Shown piece after piece: positions 10,293 through 18,039 of a DNA stretch of 40,662 nt. The stretch is taken from contig SDNP01000028.1 in NCBI GenBank assembly GCA_004524445.1, forward strand, positions 1 to 40,662, given 5' to 3'. This stretch comes from Candidatus Thorarchaeota archaeon (GTDB taxonomy: Archaea; Asgardarchaeota; Thorarchaeia; Thorarchaeales; Thorarchaeaceae). The number at the start of each line of letters is the position of its first letter. Positions within the stretch are counted from its first letter, which is position 1. The notes below the pieces were generated by a model. It saw only the letters and a program-made list of their open reading frames with translations. It was not told where the DNA came from and ran no database searches. A program made the translations under genes and the position numbers.

Positions 10293-10808
10293 TTATCTGG
10301 GCCGTGAGATTCCGCCGCCCAAAAGACCACCTACAATGCTGGCAATTGCAGGATAAAGCGCACCCTCCAATACAACCTGCAATATGAGCATGGATTCTCC
10401 ACCGATTATTGCGGCGTAGTCAGTGGTTTGAACAAAGAAGATTAGCAACCAACTCAGAAAAGCACCAATAATCACTGCGAATAGAGCGGCAAATATACCC
10501 TGAATAATATCACGTGAAAGAAGACCGGCAATAAGGCCACCAGTCCCCCAGACTAAGAACATGAGAACCTCGCTGCCCGTTGCTCCATATCCGATGTAGA
10601 TTCCGATGTTTACCCCACTCAGTGTTGTTGGATAGAGAACTGTGGATATAATAACCAGTTTGAGTTCGAGATCACTTCTTGACAAGAAGTCACCTATGAT
10701 AGCAGGATCAATTACCTCCGGTGGGATAGCAGCTCCAAATGTCAAGATGAGGAAAGTCAACGCAAAAGCAACCAACAATCCTGCCAGTGTGCCGATACCT
10801 TGACCCAA
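10293..10808 (-). CDS. Gly-rich multi-pass membrane protein
   Basis: About four TM helices with GxxxG motifs (VWGTGGLIAG, IVGGLLGGG). TTG start behind GGAGG. Downstream of and co-oriented with Bet3-like copy A. Confidence 0.8.
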   Translation of the reverse strand: MGQGIGTLAGLLVAFALTFLILTFGAAIPPEVIDPAIIGDFLSRSDLELKLVIISTVLYPTTLSGVNIGIYIGYGATGSEVLMFLVWGTGGLIAGLLSRDIIQGIFAALFAVIIGAFLSWLLIFFVQTTDYAAIIGGESMLILQVVLEGALYPAIASIVGGLLGGGISRPR

Positions 10809-10891
10809 TCTATGGCCTCCAAATCAAACTGATACTATCATCCAAATGTAATGTTTTAAGCATATTCAAGAGGGTGTTCCGTCTGCTTAAT

Positions 10892-11398
10892 TCAGTCTAA
10901 TTCTCTGAGAGTCCATGTGCAGACATCGTCACCCAATGCCTTACAGGATTCCTGAAATGACTCGGCATTGAAGCCACGTAATTTCATGACCGCATCGAAT
11001 ACGCCACTTACTAAGTTGCAGTATTGTAGTCCAGGCATATCAGTGATTTGAACCCCTTCGCATATCGGGCAATTGGCATCAGTATATTTGATGGTCTTCC
11101 CGTCACCGCTGATCCATACATCTGTGAAGTCTTGACCAGAATTGACTTTATACGCGAGCTTAAGCGTGTCCGAAAATTCCACAAAATCGGCAGCATGTTC
11201 TTTTATTCTGTCGGCGTAATCCATCAGGAGAGTTTCTCCCACCTTGAATCCAACATCTTTCATTTTCTTGTTTATATCATCAACACTGTCACTTGTCGCC
11301 ATCAACATGTTCTGCAGCTCTCTATATGTAGCCTGAAATAGTGTTTTTGAAACCTTGTCGATTTTTAGAGCCCAAGCGAGTTTTCCTTTGATACCCAT
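10892..11398 (-). CDS. Bet3/TRAPP-like (V4R-fold) protein, copy A
   Basis: KVSKTLFQATY...INKKMKDVGFKVGETLLMDY and LQYCNLVSGVFDAVM resemble recalled Bet3/Trs31 motifs. C-terminal ESCKALGDDVCTW is V4R-like. Confidence 0.8.
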   Translation of the reverse strand: MGIKGKLAWALKIDKVSKTLFQATYRELQNMLMATSDSVDDINKKMKDVGFKVGETLLMDYADRIKEHAADFVEFSDTLKLAYKVNSGQDFTDVWISGDGKTIKYTDANCPICEGVQITDMPGLQYCNLVSGVFDAVMKLRGFNAESFQESCKALGDDVCTWTLRELD

Positions 11399-11413
11399 AT
11401 CTTTACCTCCAAT

Positions 11414-12340
11414 TCATATTCTTGATTTACGTACGAACTTGACGGTCTTCCCTCTATATGGAACTACACTCTGAAGAGCCTGAAAGTATGGTATACCCAG
11501 CATTTGTGCTATCTCTTGTAGAGTGTGAGTGCCATCGCATTTTTCGACTACGTTGCGATGCTCCTTCTTTATCTTGCTTAATTCGCCCTCAAAAATAGGA
11601 ACTTCTACAAGTTCCTTCTTTTCTAAAGCTTGTTCCTCAGGGCACTCGGCCGAAACAATTTTTCGTGAAACACACCAACGGAGAGTATCCATGACTTTCT
11701 CAACCTGTCGAGCCACTGCCTCAGCAATTTTGAAGGCAGTTCGACGCTCATCGACCATCATGAGGATGTCAAGAGCAGTGTTTCCAAACTTGGCAATGAG
11801 TTCGGCATTTATAGGTGTGTTTGTGGTCATTGATTGACTGTAGTTTTCGTCTCGGTGAATTATGCAGCCATGTCTCATCTCCACTTCATCAGGGAGAGGA
11901 TGCTCATCAAAAGAGTCGACAGAGGGGGCTTCTTCAACGGTTGTTGCTTCTACTTGGATTGTTTCTTCAGCTTCTTCTAAAGATGTTTCAGGCTCAGCTT
12001 CTGTCACTGGACTGGGCGGAGAAGGCAGGTCAACTTCACCTAGCAACTCCATTACGCTCCGAGTCTTTTGCAGTGCCATGCCTAAGGACTCTTCCGGTTT
12101 GAAGAGGACGCCCAAAACCCAACTACTATCAACCCGTGCTAGAACGACCGTTCCTGCACCACTCATTATGTTCATCAGTTTCAGAGATTCGGCATGAATT
12201 CCTAGAGTCTCCTTGATTGTGGGGAGAATTTCATCAGGTAGAGAAAAAGAGAGGAAGGGGTTTCCATCGTTGGTGAAAAGAGCATAACCACTGACGGACT
12301 CATCAAATCTGAGTTTCGTTAGTACTCGCTCTAATTCCAT
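11414..12340 (-). CDS. Roadblock/LC7-like N-terminal domain + acidic linker + two winged-helix domains, copy A
   Basis: Clear paralog of 8513-9502 (LERVLTKLRFD.SV.GY.L.TN.G.PF.SFS.PDE; FEGELSK; CDG..T..EIA). Confidence 0.72.
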   Translation of the reverse strand: MELERVLTKLRFDESVSGYALFTNDGNPFLSFSLPDEILPTIKETLGIHAESLKLMNIMSGAGTVVLARVDSSWVLGVLFKPEESLGMALQKTRSVMELLGEVDLPSPPSPVTEAEPETSLEEAEETIQVEATTVEEAPSVDSFDEHPLPDEVEMRHGCIIHRDENYSQSMTTNTPINAELIAKFGNTALDILMMVDERRTAFKIAEAVARQVEKVMDTLRWCVSRKIVSAECPEEQALEKKELVEVPIFEGELSKIKKEHRNVVEKCDGTHTLQEIAQMLGIPYFQALQSVVPYRGKTVKFVRKSRI

Positions 12341-12377
12341 TAATGCTTCCCGGACCTGTAAGTTCTGACGCTTCTAG

Positions 12378-13484
12378 TTATGCTCTGCCAGATTTAAGTA
12401 ACTTTGTACCATGAACTGAAATATCTGGATCTGATTCGAAAAAGGAAATTACGTCGTTCATCGAAGGGTGTACTGCCTTATCAGATGAAACATATAGTGC
12501 TGCAACTGCATTTGCTAGAGCTAGCCGGTTAACAGAATCAAGATTTTTCAACATTCCATAGATATTGCCTGCATTCCAAGCATCGCCTGCCCCACATAAT
12601 GTTCTCTCTGTTATTTTGAAGCTGGGGACAGAGATAACCTTCGAGTTTCGAATAGAAGAAGAAAAGAAAGGAGTATGAAGATCAATTTGACAGTTCATTC
12701 TCTTCGACATCATTTGAGCGGATTGAAGCCATTTTTCGGGTGCTTCGACGAGGTCATGCCAGTCATTTAAGCCTCCCCTCATACCACGAATGAGCCATGC
12801 GACTTCATTCTCATTCACCCCTAATACGTCAACCAATCTCGAAGGGAGAATTCTATCAACAAGCTCCGTAACCATATCAGGACGACCTGAGGGGTCACCA
12901 ATATCGAGGTATGTCTTGGCATCGCTTTCAGACCTAACAAATTCAAAAAGGCGCTCCGTCAATTCAATAGCCGCAGAATTGTGATTTAGGTTCACCAGAA
13001 CGACCATTTTTGATTCTCTAATTGCTTCCAGGTCCCGTTCAGTTAAATCATCAAATCTGAATTGCTTCGCGGAGCCACTGTCGCTAATCATGACATTAGC
13101 CTTCCGCCCTTTATAGTGGCCTTCCAATGAAACTGTCGCTGATAGAGAACCGTCCGTGTGAATATGAGATAGATCCATAGATGATTCAGTAAGGCTCTCA
13201 AGTAGACGATGTCCATATTCATCTGTTGTGATTATGGGGATAGCTGGGACATCCAGCTTAAGAAGAGCAGATGAGGTATTAATAGCATTGCCGCCTTTTC
13301 TCACAAACTGAGAATTCTCGAGTATATTGCCCCCGCCCTGCTTTGCTACCCTCCGGATCCTGCTGAGAAGCCTTTCCAAATCATCTACAATTACAAAGTG
13401 ATCAAGAAAGAAGTCAGGCAGAATGGTAACTTGCGGTAAGCTTGTGTCTTCCTTCAGAATTGAAATGAGGCCTGTATATTCCAA
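12378..13484 (-). CDS. PfkB/ribokinase-family carbohydrate kinase
   Basis: GGNAIN N-terminal motif, VNENE, and GAGDAWNAG anion-hole motif. Confidence 0.9.
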   Translation of the reverse strand: MEYTGLISILKEDTSLPQVTILPDFFLDHFVIVDDLERLLSRIRRVAKQGGGNILENSQFVRKGGNAINTSSALLKLDVPAIPIITTDEYGHRLLESLTESSMDLSHIHTDGSLSATVSLEGHYKGRKANVMISDSGSAKQFRFDDLTERDLEAIRESKMVVLVNLNHNSAAIELTERLFEFVRSESDAKTYLDIGDPSGRPDMVTELVDRILPSRLVDVLGVNENEVAWLIRGMRGGLNDWHDLVEAPEKWLQSAQMMSKRMNCQIDLHTPFFSSSIRNSKVISVPSFKITERTLCGAGDAWNAGNIYGMLKNLDSVNRLALANAVAALYVSSDKAVHPSMNDVISFFESDPDISVHGTKLLKSGRA

Positions 13485-13521
13485 GAGAATCGCCCCTACT
13501 GGGACGCATTCAGCAATAAGT

Positions 13522-13965
13522 TTAGACCTTCTTAAGAGCTGCTTTCACCATTGAGGTGATTTTGTCCTCATCAATTCCAGTCTTATTGGAGGTCTTCTCG
13601 ATATCGCAATATGCCAAATCAGAGATGGTCAGTATTCCTGCACCAGCAAGAGCTTCGGCATTTGCTTTGCTAACACCACGAATCGATGAGAGTTCGTCAA
13701 TCGCTGTAGCGACATCAGTCGCAGGCTCTTCAAGAGACATTGCCTCAATGATATCATCAATCTCTGCAACATAATTCTTCAGAGCTTCAACGTTCTCTTC
13801 GTGGAGTGTTCTCCGTCTGAGGTCAACGATAAGCCCCATATCTCTGGTTTCAGGGATAGTGAGCTCAGCTGCTTCAATCTCCTTCTTACTAAATCCACGT
13901 CCGATGCGGGGCCGTTTGTCCTTGGGGGCTCGTACAACAGGTTCCGGGGTCATGTCGAAGCTCAT
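13522..13965 (-). CDS. rpl13e: 50S ribosomal protein eL13 (L13e) fused to a C-terminal helix-hairpin-helix domain
   Basis: PVVRAP...RIGRGFSKKEI...GLIVDLRRRTLHEENV matches eL13. Tail LSSIRGVSKANAEALAGAGILTISDLA...TGIDEDK is HhH-like. Likely start 13965 behind a GGAG SD. Confidence 0.9.
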   Translation of the reverse strand: MSFDMTPEPVVRAPKDKRPRIGRGFSKKEIEAAELTIPETRDMGLIVDLRRRTLHEENVEALKNYVAEIDDIIEAMSLEEPATDVATAIDELSSIRGVSKANAEALAGAGILTISDLAYCDIEKTSNKTGIDEDKITSMVKAALKKV

Positions 13966-14039
13966 TTTATCGTTTGCTCCTATCCAGAAGCACCGTCTTG
14001 GTGAAGCGCTTATTAGGGTTTCGAGATGGCAAGAACTCA

Positions 14040-14870
14040 TTAGAACTGGTCTAAAGAAGTCTGCTCAATAGAAAACTTCGCTTCCATTGATTCGAGTTTC
14101 TTCATCTGACGAGGCTTAATCATGTCCATTAACTCGAGCATCTGAAGAGCATTGTATGGCGCGTATCCAAAGAAGTGATTATTGAAATACCCTACAACTG
14201 CATCGGTATTACTACTCAGTTCTAGAAGCCGAGGTTTCCATTCTCTCAGTTCTTCCTCGGTGTACTTGTACTTGTACCATGGATTGGAACCGTGACCATG
14301 CCATCGAACATAGGCAAAATCAGTCGTTATCCGCATGTTCACTGGCAGGCGGGGTTCATCAACAATGACATGGGCAATATCATATTGTTCCAGAAGAGTC
14401 CAGGTTTCAGGGCCCAGCCAACTCTTATGCCTGAACTCAATCGCATATCTGAAAGATTGGTCTAAATTTGTGAAGAATGCTTCCAAGTCAGCCATTTTAT
14501 CAATGTGCCACGGGGGTAATTGAATTAGAAGTGCGGCTAGTCGATCCGATATAGGCTGGAGAAGTGTGAAGTACTCATTGAGGTCTTGTCCTGCATCCCC
14601 AGACAAATCAAGTCGATTGTCGTGTGTGACTTTCTTTGGCAACTTTGCAGTGAAGAACTTCTTTTCATCCACATTCTTCTTTAGGTATTGAATAAAGCCT
14701 TTCTTTGGGAGGGCATAGAAGGTGGAGTTAATCTCCGCAGTATCAAAGTAGGTCAAGTACTGATGGAGCAAAGAGGACATCGAATGGTAAAATATCTCTT
14801 TCCACCCAGTTGAGTCTTTGTAAGACCAACCACTTGTGCCTATATGCAGACCCGGAATCATCAGTTTCAC
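14040..14870 (-). CDS. DUF72 (YecE-like) TIM-barrel protein
   Basis: IGTSGWSY, EINSTFYALP, LLIQLPP, AIEFRHKSW, YVRWHG and YFNNH motifs. Confidence 0.92.
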   Translation of the reverse strand: MKLMIPGLHIGTSGWSYKDSTGWKEIFYHSMSSLLHQYLTYFDTAEINSTFYALPKKGFIQYLKKNVDEKKFFTAKLPKKVTHDNRLDLSGDAGQDLNEYFTLLQPISDRLAALLIQLPPWHIDKMADLEAFFTNLDQSFRYAIEFRHKSWLGPETWTLLEQYDIAHVIVDEPRLPVNMRITTDFAYVRWHGHGSNPWYKYKYTEEELREWKPRLLELSSNTDAVVGYFNNHFFGYAPYNALQMLELMDMIKPRQMKKLESMEAKFSIEQTSLDQF

Positions 14871-14982
14871 AAATACTCGAAGGAATTTGGCTCTTTGCGT
14901 GGACGAGTCTTATCAAAACTGGTTTCCTACGTCTAAGATGAGATTCAAAAGGGATGGAGACATCATATTTTCGTGATTCAAG

Positions 14983-15300
14983 ATGAAGGCAGAAAACGTC
15001 AAAGCCGAGTTTTCTAATTTGAGCATACATATGGGTGATTTTGGTCACTCCAAATTCAAAATGAAATGTGATATCACATACGAGGACATGATGTTAATGA
15101 TGGATGGGGGCAAACGGGTAGCACGGCTCCATGCTCGTAATATCAACAACGTGCATCTCGAAAAGAAAGCAATACGAATATCAGCCGTGAATTTCGAAAT
15201 TAAAGAGAATGAAGAGGTCAGTGTAGCCACTGGATCAATTAGGTTAGAACTAGGTGATGATGCCAAAAAATGGTATGAGGAACTCTGGGGCTATTCTTGA
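14983..15300 (+). CDS. Hypothetical protein, possible PH-like fold
   Basis: 105 aa with a run of beta-strand patterns and a C-terminal amphipathic helix AKKWYEELW. Fills the intergenic space. Confidence 0.6.
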   Translation: MKAENVKAEFSNLSIHMGDFGHSKFKMKCDITYEDMMLMMDGGKRVARLHARNINNVHLEKKAIRISAVNFEIKENEEVSVATGSIRLELGDDAKKWYEELWGYS

Positions 15301-15363
15301 GCTTAGAACAGCTTTTTTATTGCATATTTGTTTGGATGACGATGCCTTTGACGCAGGGGTTAA

Positions 15364-16674
15364 GTGGAAATGCCTAGAAAAATCGAGTACATTGAGTATC
15401 GACTACCGGATATACTTGGTCAACTGAAGGGAATGACCGTTCCCTGCAAACCTACAAACACCATTGAGGAGCTAAAGGAGAACCCAGAGATTCTAGAAGG
15501 AACAAGTGTTGATGGTAGTTCTATTCTAGGTCTATCGAGAGTAGAATCGTCTGACCTCAGATTGGATCCGGACCTCGATTCGTTGGTTGAATTACCATAC
15601 TCGCAGCACCGAACTGCAGCAGTGATGTGTTTTGTTCGTGTCAAGGCATCTGTTGATAAGAAGGAGTTTTATCCCAAGGATACAAGAGGCGTTCTCCATA
15701 GTGTTTGTGAGAAATACCTTGGTCCAGACATGATGTTGAAGACAAAAGTCGAACCTGAATTCTACTTCACCTCCATGGATGGAGAACCATTTGACTTTGC
15801 CCAGTATGCCGAAACATTTCCAAAGAATCCTAGCCAGAATCTCCTGTTAGATATTGCCAGTGCCATTCAATTGATGGGTGTAGCCGTTCGCGTCGTTCAC
15901 CATGAAGTTGGAATTGCACAGCAGGAAGTAGAATTGGCATTTGAAGAAGTTCTGCGCGCATCAGACAATATTCTGCTGTTCAAGAATGTCGCTAGAGCAT
16001 TAGCTGCACAGAATGGAATAGATATTACCTTCATGCCTAAGCCATTTACCGACCAAGCAGGAACAGGTCTTCATTGCCATCTCCAGCTCTGGGAGGAAGG
16101 TGTGAATCTCTTTGGCGACAAGAATAATGACTCCCTTTCAGATACCGCAAAAAACTTCCTAGCAGGATTGATGAATCATGCACCGGCAATAACGGCAATT
16201 GCCAACCCGACTATTAATTCCTATAAGCGATTAGAGCCCCATCAGGAAGCGCCTGTGTACATTTCTTGGGGCATGCAGAATAGAACAACCCTCATACGAG
16301 TGCCTCTCTTTCAGAAGGCGAATAAAGCCGCCATTGAGTTCAGGTCCCCCGATCCAACATCAAATCCCTATTTGGTTTTCGCGGCCATCATTGCTGCAGG
16401 GATGGAGGGAGTGAGAGAGGAAATGGAGCCGATCCAACCGGTTCAAGGCGATGTATTCAATATGAGCGATTCTGAACGTGATAAGAATGGAATCAAATCG
16501 CTTCCTGTTACGCTTAAGGAAGCTCTTGACCATCTGAAGCAAGATACTCTCATCTGCGAAGCGCTCGGAAAAGAAATCACCGATACCTATATCGACATCA
16601 AGCTGCGTGAGTGGAATGACTATGTTTCTCATGCTGTAACTGATTGGGAATGGAATACATACTTCGATATGTAG
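15364..16674 (+). CDS. glnA: Glutamine synthetase family protein (GSI-like)
   Basis: DGSSI, EPEFY, HHEVG..QQE, FMPKP, GTGLHCH, YKRL...EAP, NRT..IRVP and IEFRSPD motifs. Substrate specificity is not certain. Confidence 0.85.
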   Translation: MEMPRKIEYIEYRLPDILGQLKGMTVPCKPTNTIEELKENPEILEGTSVDGSSILGLSRVESSDLRLDPDLDSLVELPYSQHRTAAVMCFVRVKASVDKKEFYPKDTRGVLHSVCEKYLGPDMMLKTKVEPEFYFTSMDGEPFDFAQYAETFPKNPSQNLLLDIASAIQLMGVAVRVVHHEVGIAQQEVELAFEEVLRASDNILLFKNVARALAAQNGIDITFMPKPFTDQAGTGLHCHLQLWEEGVNLFGDKNNDSLSDTAKNFLAGLMNHAPAITAIANPTINSYKRLEPHQEAPVYISWGMQNRTTLIRVPLFQKANKAAIEFRSPDPTSNPYLVFAAIIAAGMEGVREEMEPIQPVQGDVFNMSDSERDKNGIKSLPVTLKEALDHLKQDTLICEALGKEITDTYIDIKLREWNDYVSHAVTDWEWNTYFDM

Positions 16675-16675
16675 C

Positions 16676-17827
16676 TCATGAAAAATACCTGGCCATCCTA
16701 TCAAAGGCTTCGTCTACAGCTTCAGGAGTTAAGGGACCAACCGAGATTCGAATATGTCCTTCCCCATTAGGACCGAAGACCCTTCCTGGTAACGTAAGTA
16801 CCTTAATTTCATCAAGCATGTCGATCACTAGATTTCGTGAATCGTTGCAACTCTTTACACGTGGAAATAGATAAAAAGTGCCTTTTGTTCGGATGATTTC
16901 GAATCTATCAATCTCCTGAGCCCGAATATAGGCTAGTTCTCTCAATTTTTCTAGTCGCATTAATTCGTCATCTACAAACTCTGCCCCCTCTTTTAGAATC
17001 TCTAATGCAAGCAATTGACTTGCTGTTGGTGCACAGATGGTCACAGTATCTTGGACTTTCAGAAATTCCTTCATGAAGGGCGGAGAACCAACAATATAGC
17101 CAACGCGCCATCCACTAATTCCAAAGTCTTTCGAAAAACTTCCCAACACGATAACATGGTCTTCTGCATCCCGTCTTGTTCTTGGACTATAATGATTGCT
17201 TCCTTCAAATACCAATCGAGCGTATGCCTCGTCGGATAATAGAAACAGCTCATTCTCCAGGCATATATCAACTATTTCGTCTACCAGTTTCTGTTGATAG
17301 ACTGCGCCGGTTGGATTGTTTGGTGAAACCAGCAAGACCGCCTTTGTTTTGTCGTCAATTGCATTGCGGATTGAATCCGTACGGGGTTGAAAGTGCTCAT
17401 CAACTTCAACTGGTTTTGCGGTCCCGCCAGCTAGCTGTATTGCCATTATTTGATTGAAGTAAAAGGGCTCAGGGACCAGTATGTTCTCCCCGGGCCCAAG
17501 CAGAGTAAGAACCGCACCGGAAAAAGCGTTATTCCCACCTGCGGTGACTGTTACCTCTGCCTGTGGGTCAACATCATAATTAGAATGCCTTCGTAGATAC
17601 AGGGACAATTCCTCCCGCAGTTCCAGGTGCCCCTGGTCAGGTGTATACTGATGGGTTACCGGGTGCAGAAGCTTCTCGCCAAGAGAGGATAAAATTGGTT
17701 TGGGCGGGATATGTCCAGGTAGGCCCTGCCCCAAGTCAATGAAATCTTGTGATCCTGCATACTTCTTTGCAGCCTCAGCCAGCTTGACAATCGGAGGCGG
17801 TGTGATGTTTTCTGTTCGAAATTTCAT
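16676..17827 (-). CDS. PLP-dependent aminotransferase class I/II
   Basis: SPNNPTG, SDEAY and SFSKDFGISGWRVGY (PLP lysine). Confidence 0.93.
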   Translation of the reverse strand: MKFRTENITPPPIVKLAEAAKKYAGSQDFIDLGQGLPGHIPPKPILSSLGEKLLHPVTHQYTPDQGHLELREELSLYLRRHSNYDVDPQAEVTVTAGGNNAFSGAVLTLLGPGENILVPEPFYFNQIMAIQLAGGTAKPVEVDEHFQPRTDSIRNAIDDKTKAVLLVSPNNPTGAVYQQKLVDEIVDICLENELFLLSDEAYARLVFEGSNHYSPRTRRDAEDHVIVLGSFSKDFGISGWRVGYIVGSPPFMKEFLKVQDTVTICAPTASQLLALEILKEGAEFVDDELMRLEKLRELAYIRAQEIDRFEIIRTKGTFYLFPRVKSCNDSRNLVIDMLDEIKVLTLPGRVFGPNGEGHIRISVGPLTPEAVDEAFDRMARYFS

Positions 17828-18039
17828 ATCTGTGCAAACCTTGGGAGTAGCCCCTAAGAAATTATGCGTCTTGGAGAAGAAAAAGGAATCGTAATGTCAC
17901 CCGAGTTCATACTATTGGAGCATGCAGTATTGATAAAACAGACTACTCGGACGTAAGAAGAAACATTTGTTAATACAAAACACCCCTAAATGACATTTAA
18001 TAACGCAACTGCCCATACAACGAAAAGGAGATACACCAT

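Noticed and set aside
13966-14040. 25-aa N-terminal extension of eL13 from the listed ORF start
   Set aside because: An ATG at 13965 with a GGAG SD fits the family start better, and the extension looks like promoter sequence.
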